From the NCBI GenBank assembly GCA_016840035.1, contig JAEOTC010000207.1, positions 1 through 21,873 of the forward strand: DNA of 21,873 nucleotides, given 5' to 3'. Both the position numbers and the translations under genes were made by a program. Shown here one piece after another: positions 8,870-17,210 of the stretch (positions are counted from its first letter, which is position 1; each line of letters opens with the position of its first letter). Origin of the DNA: Candidatus Hodarchaeota archaeon. GTDB taxonomy: Archaea > Asgardarchaeota > Heimdallarchaeia > Hodarchaeales > Hodarchaeaceae. The notes under the pieces are model-generated. The model worked only from the letters and a program-made list of their open reading frames with translations, made no database searches and was not told the DNA's origin.

Positions 8870-9586
8870 ATGGTCTCAAAATTCAGTATTCGACAGAATA
8901 GACGGCGAGGACAGATGTTTATTCTAGCTACAATGCTAATAGCTGTCTATGTTGTTGCAATAAGTGCTACTGTTCTTAATATAGGCACAGACCAAATTAC
9001 ATCCAACGATGATACTCTACGTGAACCATACAATAACGTTAAGAGAGAATTACAAGCATTTATGGAAGTAATTCTAGCTAAATATACTGATAATACTACC
9101 GTTTATGACTTTTCTGACGCACGAACTGCCCTAGAATCCTTTTTACCTATAATAGAAGCTGTAGATACATCAAATTCTGTTTTAACAACTTTAAACCTTA
9201 TAGCCGACTCTTTTACAATAGAGGCAGTAATAACACCTAATTCAAACCTATCAGTGGGGACCGTGTATAGTAGCGCGATTCAAGCTCGTTTTTTCCTTGA
9301 CATGAGCACCTTTTACTCTACCATGAAGATAATTGAGGAATTTACTATTTCCTATACTGGACAAGTAGAAATCTTTGCAAATCAAATTGTAATTCAACAA
9401 TCTAGAAATTCAATTCAGAATTTCGTATCAGCTTCTCAAGTTTATATTTTAAATGGCAGCTCTCCATTATACCCAACCCTATACCCAAATGCTACAGGAC
9501 ATTATTTCTGTGAAGGCATTAGTTCAATTGACAATGTTGGGATTTTAAGCGTCACTTTTCCAAATGGAGTACGCGTTTATTCGTGA
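8870..9586 (+). CDS. Type IV pilin-like protein with class III signal peptide
   Basis: RQNRRRG/QMFILATMLIAVYVVAISATVL. The ATG abuts the upstream TAG with a 0-nt gap. Confidence 0.85.
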   Translation: MVSKFSIRQNRRRGQMFILATMLIAVYVVAISATVLNIGTDQITSNDDTLREPYNNVKRELQAFMEVILAKYTDNTTVYDFSDARTALESFLPIIEAVDTSNSVLTTLNLIADSFTIEAVITPNSNLSVGTVYSSAIQARFFLDMSTFYSTMKIIEEFTISYTGQVEIFANQIVIQQSRNSIQNFVSASQVYILNGSSPLYPTLYPNATGHYFCEGISSIDNVGILSVTFPNGVRVYS

Positions 9587-9593
9587 AACAAAA

Positions 9594-12500
9594 ATGATTG
9601 AATTAGAATTTCAAGAATATGTTGAACGGATAAAAAATTCTTTAACGGCACAAATTGGGATTGCAAATAAGGCTAGAAGTCTTAAATATGATCCAGTATC
9701 TGAAATTGAATCATTAATTACAGCATCATCAACTGGAAACATCCTAGCAATTTTAAATATTCCTGGATTAGAAAATTATCTTCCAGAAAGGATTAGTCAG
9801 CATAAAAACTTATTACTGCTCGCTGCAGATGTAGCAAAACAAATAGTGAACGGTAGGTTTATTAAAAAGGATCGAGAACATCTTATATTACAAGCAGTTC
9901 AAAGCTCGTTTGTCATTCTAAGTCGGGGTCAATGTTCAGTCCCAGAAGAATATGTCTATAAAGTTCGGATCGACCCTAAACAGAATTATCTTACATTATT
10001 CTTTACTAATACTATTCGATATGTTCCTGGAACCATCATCGGTTTAACAATTTTAATTTCTGATTATCTAAGAAGTATTTTGCATTTAAATCGCTTTCAT
10101 TCAAGTCCAGAAATAATTGGACGCTATGAGGAAGAATTAGATATCTATCTGAAGATGAATGACCGAGTCCCTCAATATAATGTTGAACATCTTAAGTTAT
10201 TCATAAAGAATATCGGCATTGAAATATCCAGTGATCCTTATGAGAGAATAGAAGTTCAGAAATATCGAAATTTACCGAAAATTACAAATCATTTACGAAT
10301 GGGTGTCTCGGTTACATTAGATCGCATTTTGCAAAGTTTAAATCCCATTATAGCTCAAAAATTAAAGTCTGGACTTCCTGAATGGGAGTGGCTAGACAAA
10401 TTACAATTTGAAGCTGGAAAACAGCATAAATCCTTTGGTAAAAGAGATATTAGAAGTACGCAACCACTTCTTTCCCAATCTAATCAAACAGGTGGGTTTA
10501 GATTGCGATATGGTGAATCAAGAACCACTGGATTTGGAACAATTGGTATTCACCCTGTCATAATGGCTCTTACAGGTATTTTAACCCCTGGATGTACAGT
10601 GCAATTAGATATATCTGATGATTATTATGCCATAAATACCGTATCCTCGATTTTTGGCCCACTCGTTGAACTTGATAATGGTTCTTTAATGAGGATTTCC
10701 ACACTAGACGAATTTCGGAAAATAGAGCGGAAAATTAACCAGATATGGGAAATGGGAGATATTTTAATTTCAATTTCAGATATTCGAGAGCCTACACCTA
10801 TTGTATTCTCTGCTTGGACGGAAGAATGGTGGAATTTAGAAATTAAAGCAGCTCTGAACTCCGAGGACAATGATGTAACAGAGCTAGAGAAAATCGGAGT
10901 AAGTGAAGATGAACTACTTCAACTACTCTTCAACCCTCTCCATTTTTATCCATCTTGGGACCTTGCTCTTGACCTTTCAAAGGTGTTAAATGTACCCCTT
11001 CACCCAAGATTTTCATTAAACTGGAATGAAATTGCAATAAGTGACTTTCTACTTCTAATTCAGAAAATAAGAGACAAATCAGAAGCCTATCTTCCTTTAG
11101 ATACTGATATATTACGGATTATCAAACAACTTGGAGTTCCTTTCAAAATTGTGGATGAAAAAATACACTCAGAAATATTTGAGCCTTTTATACCGATTTT
11201 TAGAGAGGAATCTACCAAAATTCTAGATTTATCGAATCGTGATATCAACACTTTGACAGTAGAATTATTATGTGAAGAAATGTTACAGGTTCCTATTCGC
11301 TCCTTATGCTATAAAAGGATTGGATTTAAACTCATCCGGATAGAAAAATCGGAAGCAAGATATTCAAACCCCCCTCATCATGTTATCTTTCCCTTGGGAA
11401 AATATGGGGGTCCCCAAAAAGATTTTTTCAAGCTTCCACAGGACTCGAAAACCCAAATCCGTATTGCGCATCGTTTTTGTAATTCATGTAATATAGATTC
11501 CTTCAATGCTTATTGTCCTGAATGTAAGCAGCAAACTGATCAAAAATATACATGTAGAGAAGGACATACTTCAGTTAGTTTGACTTGCGAGATTTGTGGT
11601 AAAAAAGGCTACCCTACAAAAGTAAAACCAATAAATATTAATGCAATTTTTAATTCTGGAATGAAGAAAGCAGGATCATCTGATATTAAAAAAGTAAAGG
11701 GAATGTCGTATTTGGATAACGTCTACGGCATTTCTGAAAATGTGTTGAAAGGGATTTTACGAGCAAAATATGGTATTTTTGTCTTCAAGGATGGGACATC
11801 TAGATTTAGCTGCACTAATGGTCCTATTACGGTTTATGCTCCAAGAGAGATAAATACCTCAATAGAGGAATTGAAACGACTTGGATATTTCCACGATATT
11901 TATGGCGAACCTCTAACGCGAGAGGATCAGTTAATCGAGATTTTCCCTTACGACATTGTTATAAACGAAGAAAGCCTTAAGTTTTTATTTGCACAAAGCA
12001 AATTTTTAGATGATGAACTAACTCTACACTACAGATTATCCCCTTATTATCGATTTCAATCATCTCAATCAGTGATTGGATCTCTTGTTGTGGGTATTTC
12101 CCCAACTTCACAAGTAGGAGTAATCGGAAGAATAATTGGCTATTCTACAAAAAATATATTATTTTCCCATCCGATTTGGCACCTTCTTAAATCTCGCTCT
12201 TGTAACGGAGTTTCTGACTCAATTACCCTCTTACTTGATGTTTTACTCAATTACTCCCGAGAATATATTCCTTCCTATCGTGGAGGAGCTCTAGATGTTC
12301 CCACAGTAATCAACTTAGTAGATAGCTGGACAGATCTTTTAGATTTCTCAAAAATTGACAAATTAGTCATGAATCGGATATTCTATAAGAGTATTAAAAG
12401 TAACCATTCAGATCAATCTAACCTACTTTCTAGGGAAATTTCCTTAATATCTCCTGAAAGCACCTTATTACATACCTCTACAAATATATCGGAATTTTCT

Positions 12501-12938
12501 CTCGAGAATCTATTTACTGAAAAGAAAGTTATTGATAGGATTAAAATTGCACTTGAAAGTCTCGAACACATTAGAGGAGTAGAAGAAGGAAAATACGTTG
12601 ATAATCTTTTAATAAATGATTTCCTAATAAAGATCTCAATGTCAATATCACGGTATTTTCAGCAACCAGTACGCTGCAGGTACTGTAAAACAACATACCG
12701 AAGAGTTCCATTATCTGAAAAGTGTCCCCACTGTAATAATAAAACATTAGAGCTTACATTATCTAAAGGATGGGTTCTCAGATACTTACAAATTATACAT
12801 CAGCTTTCTGAAAAATATTCAGATGATTTATCACAGTATACTAAATCTTGGATAAGGATTATTGAGTTAAATAAAAATCTCCTATTCGATGTAGGACCCC
12901 AACCGACGACTCTCATTTTTGGTGATTCTGATAAGTGA
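9594..12938 (+). CDS. polC: DNA polymerase D large subunit (DP2/PolC) homologue, full-length, highly diverged, predicted catalytically inactive
   Basis: Collinear DP2 motifs: GGFRLRYGESRTTG, GIHP, EEWW, VPLHP, IFPLGKYGG, KGILRAKY..FKDGT.R, LGY..D..G.PL, GRIIG, LLLD.LLN.SR...P..RGG..D.P and C-terminal RC..C...YRRVPL..KCP.C. The catalytic RNCDGDED motif reads RSCNGVSD. ATG 9594 is the probable start; the ORF track start is 9564. Confidence 0.93.
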   Translation: MIELEFQEYVERIKNSLTAQIGIANKARSLKYDPVSEIESLITASSTGNILAILNIPGLENYLPERISQHKNLLLLAADVAKQIVNGRFIKKDREHLILQAVQSSFVILSRGQCSVPEEYVYKVRIDPKQNYLTLFFTNTIRYVPGTIIGLTILISDYLRSILHLNRFHSSPEIIGRYEEELDIYLKMNDRVPQYNVEHLKLFIKNIGIEISSDPYERIEVQKYRNLPKITNHLRMGVSVTLDRILQSLNPIIAQKLKSGLPEWEWLDKLQFEAGKQHKSFGKRDIRSTQPLLSQSNQTGGFRLRYGESRTTGFGTIGIHPVIMALTGILTPGCTVQLDISDDYYAINTVSSIFGPLVELDNGSLMRISTLDEFRKIERKINQIWEMGDILISISDIREPTPIVFSAWTEEWWNLEIKAALNSEDNDVTELEKIGVSEDELLQLLFNPLHFYPSWDLALDLSKVLNVPLHPRFSLNWNEIAISDFLLLIQKIRDKSEAYLPLDTDILRIIKQLGVPFKIVDEKIHSEIFEPFIPIFREESTKILDLSNRDINTLTVELLCEEMLQVPIRSLCYKRIGFKLIRIEKSEARYSNPPHHVIFPLGKYGGPQKDFFKLPQDSKTQIRIAHRFCNSCNIDSFNAYCPECKQQTDQKYTCREGHTSVSLTCEICGKKGYPTKVKPININAIFNSGMKKAGSSDIKKVKGMSYLDNVYGISENVLKGILRAKYGIFVFKDGTSRFSCTNGPITVYAPREINTSIEELKRLGYFHDIYGEPLTREDQLIEIFPYDIVINEESLKFLFAQSKFLDDELTLHYRLSPYYRFQSSQSVIGSLVVGISPTSQVGVIGRIIGYSTKNILFSHPIWHLLKSRSCNGVSDSITLLLDVLLNYSREYIPSYRGGALDVPTVINLVDSWTDLLDFSKIDKLVMNRIFYKSIKSNHSDQSNLLSREISLISPESTLLHTSTNISEFSLENLFTEKKVIDRIKIALESLEHIRGVEEGKYVDNLLINDFLIKISMSISRYFQQPVRCRYCKTTYRRVPLSEKCPHCNNKTLELTLSKGWVLRYLQIIHQLSEKYSDDLSQYTKSWIRIIELNKNLLFDVGPQPTTLIFGDSDK

Positions 12939-13107
12939 AAATATTAATCATCCATCCTATAAGTCAAAAGACTTGAAAGAAATTTCAATTTGTATTTCAT
13001 GCAAAACCTTTTTTAGGTAGAGAGTTTCTTGTAAATTAAATCTGTCGTTCATTAGAGACAATAATTAGTTAGAGATTGAAGTATTCAACTTAAAGGAAGC
13101 TTTCCAA

Positions 13108-13704
13108 ATGACGAATGACGATGAAGAAGTATTGGTTGGAACCTTAGTAAAGAGTCCGATCATTTCAATGCCAAGTAACCTTCCTGTGACAGAAGCCGCG
13201 AAATTAATGAGAAATCATAAAATTGGATCTGTTATAATCAAGGATGATGAAATTGTTGGAATAATTACGAAAGGTGACATCATTCAAAGAGTTTTAGGAC
13301 GTGCTTTTGATCCAGGAATTGTTCTGGTAGGAGATGCAATGAGTAAACCAGTTTCTTTTGTTTCCTCTGATGAATCATTGGATGTAACGATGCGACAAAT
13401 GTCAAAGCTTAAGATTGAACGTATATTAGTTGTTGATGCCCAGGATTCTTCTAAAGCATTAGGAATTGTTTCCACTAATGATCTTCTTACATTTGCACCA
13501 GAATTATTAGCTATTCGAAGGGAACAACAAATTATTATGTCTCAACCCGCTTCAGAATTACAACCTCCACATCTTCAGGGATTTTGTGACGATTGTGGTA
13601 ATTACTCTGCTAATCTTTCCTCTACAAATGGGTATACATTATGTGCACAATGTATAGGTATCCAACCAAAAGAAGATCATATAGATGATGACGAAATAAT
13701 GTAA
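13108..13704 (+). CDS. CBS domain pair protein with C-terminal zinc ribbon
   Basis: Two CBS repeats (EAAKLMRNHKIGSVII...VGIITKGDI; VGDAMSKPV...LGIVSTNDLL), then GFCDDC-x15-LCAQC and an acidic tail. Confidence 0.88.
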   Translation: MTNDDEEVLVGTLVKSPIISMPSNLPVTEAAKLMRNHKIGSVIIKDDEIVGIITKGDIIQRVLGRAFDPGIVLVGDAMSKPVSFVSSDESLDVTMRQMSKLKIERILVVDAQDSSKALGIVSTNDLLTFAPELLAIRREQQIIMSQPASELQPPHLQGFCDDCGNYSANLSSTNGYTLCAQCIGIQPKEDHIDDDEIM

Positions 13705-13719
13705 TACTAACGCATTAAC

Positions 13720-15762
13720 CTAAATTCCTTGATATTGAACATCTATTATTTTCGAATTATGGGGAATAGCTTGGACAATCTCATTAAGATCAATGGCCTT
13801 TAGTTTGGCCTTTTGATCCCATGTAACAGCTTTTTTCAGAAATATTTTCTGAATTTGCTTAGCAATCTTTCCTTTAGATTCACTTCCAGGTCTAATTAGA
13901 ACTATTATTGGACTTACAGTTGAGAGCTGATCAGGAGACCCATAAATAATTTTAATATTGAATTCACTTTCTTCATATCCAATAGCAAGTTCGAGTTCAA
14001 CTCCACGGATATAATTCCTTTTCCCTCTAACCATAATCCCTCCTTTAGGTAAATATTCTCCGCTTGGAGCGGAAAAACCCACACTCTCACTGTTCACATA
14101 ATAAACATCAATTGCAGAATAACCAGCTTTCCATGCACTAGAAAAGCTTGCAGCTATTCTTGCTGCTAATTGTAAATCTTCCTCCATTAACTCATTATCA
14201 CTTGTTTCACGACTTATTATTGTGTATGGTGCGCCTTGAACATCAGCATGAAAAAAAAGATCGTCATTCCTCATTCGTCTTTTGGCTATCTCATCATTCG
14301 TGGAAATATCTTTTCCCCCAATAATCAAGAATCCATTTGGGGAAAAAGCCCAATGGAATTTTTCAAACCAGTTTCTTTTTCTCCGTTTCAAGATAATAGC
14401 ATCTGCACCCTCTTGTTCATCAATATCCTCACTTAATGAATTTATTTTAGATTTAGTCTCTAAAATGGCCTGTTCAGCTGGAATGATTTTACGTCTGGCT
14501 TTTTTTGCCTTTTCATAATAATCATTGGCAATTTCGGAGGCATTTTTCCTGAAATCTACCTCAACAACATCAAAATCTAAATCAATATTAATAGTTCCCC
14601 GTTTTGGATTAATTTTCTCAAGTAATCGAACGGATAAAATCCCTCTTTCTTTTGCTTGCTCTAGTTTCTCCAGAATTTCCTCCCAAGACACATTCTTTTT
14701 TCGTGCGTTCAATATTGTAGAAAGTAACTCATCTATATCACTGATATTTAGATAAATCGCATCTCCAATTCTTTTGTATATTTCTTGTCGATTTTTATGA
14801 CGATTCAATGTCTCTAACTGAGCTTGATACACCTTTTCATACTGTTCTTTCTTCCGTTGATATCGGTTTAATCCTGGGGAGATAACTGGCCTAACATTCG
14901 AATAGTAGAAATCTAACGCCCCAGAAAATGAATCAAAATGTTTTAACTGGTGAGGATTCGACCTATATGGAATAGGTTGAAAAGATACAAGTTGTTCATG
15001 AGGATCTAAAGATACTGATGGCTCAAGGTTCTCTACTTCCTTTTTAATTTCATTAATGACTTTGCAAATATTAGTTATATCATCTTTAGTAATTGTTTTC
15101 GCCAATCTTTTCTTAGGAATAACCGCTCTCGCCAGTATTTCCTCCATTAATACTCCTCCTCCCCCTGTTCCTCGAGCTAATACCCGAACCACCTCTTCAT
15201 CGGCATTATCAGCTGAACCAAGGATCTTCGCAATTTCATCACTATCCATCGAAAATATTGGTTTTCCTCTGCTTGGGGGTAGAACGAACTCTTTTCCTGG
15301 TAAAAGATCTCGATGACGCATCTTTCTATACCAAGAAGCAAACACCACCTTGTTACCATCTCCTACAACAACAAAGTTGGGTTTATTTCCAAATAGTTCA
15401 ACTATTACTTTATATGTTTGTTTTCCTGCTAGTTCAATTTCCACTAGACGATCAAAATCGATCTGTTTTATATCCTTAACAAAATTTCCCTTTAAATGTG
15501 CTTTTAACGCGATAATTTTTTCTTCAGGACGATTAGGAACATTGTGCTTAAACTCTGTTATGTGAATTCTTACTCCAGGCTCAATTAAAAGGTAAGGGTT
15601 CCTATATTCTCCTTTTCCTTTTAAGTTAAGTAGAAAAAATCTATCGGAGCTATCACGATATAGATTTTCTACTCTATAACCAATGATCCCCTTAAGTTCC
15701 TTTATAATCGCAAAGATGTCTATACTCGACATTTGTTTCATAAGAGATTTACACTCCTTCAC
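13720..15762 (-). CDS. rqcH: Ribosome quality control factor Rqc2/NEMF/RqcH (NFACT family)
   Basis: N-terminal MSSIDI, QIDFDRLV and VELFG..NFVV (NFACT-N), HhH-like segment, coiled coils, NA..YYEKAKK, WFEKFHW..S..GFLIIGGKD and FFHADVQGAP (NFACT-R), APSGEYLPKG. The true start may be the downstream MKQMSS. Confidence 0.93.
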   Translation of the reverse strand: MKECKSLMKQMSSIDIFAIIKELKGIIGYRVENLYRDSSDRFFLLNLKGKGEYRNPYLLIEPGVRIHITEFKHNVPNRPEEKIIALKAHLKGNFVKDIKQIDFDRLVEIELAGKQTYKVIVELFGNKPNFVVVGDGNKVVFASWYRKMRHRDLLPGKEFVLPPSRGKPIFSMDSDEIAKILGSADNADEEVVRVLARGTGGGGVLMEEILARAVIPKKRLAKTITKDDITNICKVINEIKKEVENLEPSVSLDPHEQLVSFQPIPYRSNPHQLKHFDSFSGALDFYYSNVRPVISPGLNRYQRKKEQYEKVYQAQLETLNRHKNRQEIYKRIGDAIYLNISDIDELLSTILNARKKNVSWEEILEKLEQAKERGILSVRLLEKINPKRGTINIDLDFDVVEVDFRKNASEIANDYYEKAKKARRKIIPAEQAILETKSKINSLSEDIDEQEGADAIILKRRKRNWFEKFHWAFSPNGFLIIGGKDISTNDEIAKRRMRNDDLFFHADVQGAPYTIISRETSDNELMEEDLQLAARIAASFSSAWKAGYSAIDVYYVNSESVGFSAPSGEYLPKGGIMVRGKRNYIRGVELELAIGYEESEFNIKIIYGSPDQLSTVSPIIVLIRPGSESKGKIAKQIQKIFLKKAVTWDQKAKLKAIDLNEIVQAIPHNSKIIDVQYQGI

Positions 15763-16044
15763 TATTGAGTGGAGAACTTATAATTTCATTGGTAAGCATC
15801 ATAAAAATTCCCAATTTCCTTATATCTCTAACTGCAGGCAAGATAGAAAATTTGAGATTTATCTTTTGTTTAGTAATTACTTTGGAGATAACGCTTGAGA
15901 CTTCTCTGAATGTGATACTCCGATTTAAATATTGAATTTACATTAGATTTGTGAAGATTTATTAAGAGTGGTAGTAAATTTTCCTCATAATCTCAGAAAG
16001 GGGTAGAAATTCAAGTATTGATTATCTAAAACGAATCTAGATGA

Positions 16045-16644
16045 ATGCAAATGGAATCAAAAGAATCTCAAGTTAAAACTACGAATCCTATAATTAATAC
16101 AATCTTAGTTATCTCTGTCGGTCTGTCAGCACTGGAAATAGCTCAACTGATTTTTGACCCTGCGAACGCGTCTGCAATTACCTCTCTCAAATTTGACGAG
16201 GTCTTTGAAAATATGTACCAAGGAATGTTCCTAAGAGCGGAGAATTTAACCGCATTTTGGTCTGTTTTAGTTGCTTGGGCGATATCTGGTATGGTAGCGG
16301 GAGTTCGGGCTAAACACGGAATGTTAGGTGCAATAGCTGGATTTGCTGGAACAATTTTAGGATCAGCTTTACTTTTAGTTGTTCACTTTGGAGCTGAAGC
16401 TAGTCTCACGGTTGCTAATGAGTTTATCATTGGAGCGGTAGCCTCAACTCTTGTTGCAGGAATCGCTGCATATGCGACAGGAACGGCCACAAAACCTAAA
16501 AAGACACCTGCGAAAGTTAAAAAGACAAGAAAAGCATGGGATGCCTCAAAAACCAAAGATGTTTGGATGTGTAACCGATGTGGTCAAAAAATACCACCAG
16601 GAGCATTCACATGTCCAAATTGTGGAGAACCAGTTATTGAATAA
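16045..16644 (+). CDS. Hypothetical multi-pass membrane protein with C-terminal zinc ribbon
   Basis: About four hydrophobic Gly/Ala-rich helices, a Lys-rich linker, then WMCNRCG-x9-CPNCG. Confidence 0.8.
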   Translation: MQMESKESQVKTTNPIINTILVISVGLSALEIAQLIFDPANASAITSLKFDEVFENMYQGMFLRAENLTAFWSVLVAWAISGMVAGVRAKHGMLGAIAGFAGTILGSALLLVVHFGAEASLTVANEFIIGAVASTLVAGIAAYATGTATKPKKTPAKVKKTRKAWDASKTKDVWMCNRCGQKIPPGAFTCPNCGEPVIE

Positions 16645-16682
16645 AAAAGAAAGGAAGAATTGACTAAAGAGAACTAAGGAGT

Positions 16683-17210
16683 TTACATTATTCTCTTTTG
16701 TCTCAGATCTTCCAGTTTTTCACTGATGGAATCGATTTCTTCAGATAACTGAACTAAAATTGAATCCAATTCGTGAAATTTGGAGTTTTCAACCACAGTC
16801 AGAAGATCCTTAACCACAATCCCTAATTCATTTGAACGAAGAGATTTATGAGCATTTCGAACTGTCGGTTCCATCTGTTTAAGTATATCAATAATTTCTC
16901 TTGATAATTGTGTTGCTTGGGTCGGTAGAGGACTTTCCATAATTTCGATTCCGGAAATTTCAGCGAGGAGATCTGTTAGATCCCAATATCTTTCTCGTAG
17001 TTCATCAATAATGACACCGATTCGTTTAAATCTTTGTTTTTTATCTAAACCATCATCCGAACTTCCATTAGCATCTGCTAATTTGGAAGCATGGGTGCGT
17101 AACTCTTCATAAAAATCTGAAGAGAGAGCACGTCTATCTTCGATCTCACGCACCATTCGATTCATTTCAGAATAAATAGAAGTAGAGGTGCGATATTCGG
17201 TGTTGTTCAA
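16683..17210 (-). CDS. Hypothetical alpha-helical/coiled-coil protein
   Basis: Long open frame with Glu/Leu/Arg-rich helical composition. TTG 17210 preceded by AGGAGA...AGGT is preferred over the ORF track start at 17273. Confidence 0.7.
   Translation of the reverse strand: MNNTEYRTSTSIYSEMNRMVREIEDRRALSSDFYEELRTHASKLADANGSSDDGLDKKQRFKRIGVIIDELRERYWDLTDLLAEISGIEIMESPLPTQATQLSREIIDILKQMEPTVRNAHKSLRSNELGIVVKDLLTVVENSKFHELDSILVQLSEEIDSISEKLEDLRQKRIM

Noticed and set aside
1753-8900. Twin-arginine (Tat) signal peptides suggested by the RR-rich leaders
   Set aside because: The Arg runs end in G followed directly by V/Q and a hydrophobic helix, which matches class III prepilin cleavage sites, and the genes sit in a T4P locus.
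1711-9586. Archaellum (arl/fla) operon
   Set aside because: No ArlH, ArlF/G or archaellin-like sequence is recognisable, and the platform is split into two TadC-like genes, as in pili.
9594-12938. Calling the DP2 homologue either the normal replicative PolD subunit or a pseudogene
   Set aside because: The catalytic aspartates are absent, which argues against a normal enzyme. The frame is intact over ~3.3 kb with conserved Zn ligands, which argues against a pseudogene. No intein is evident at the motif.
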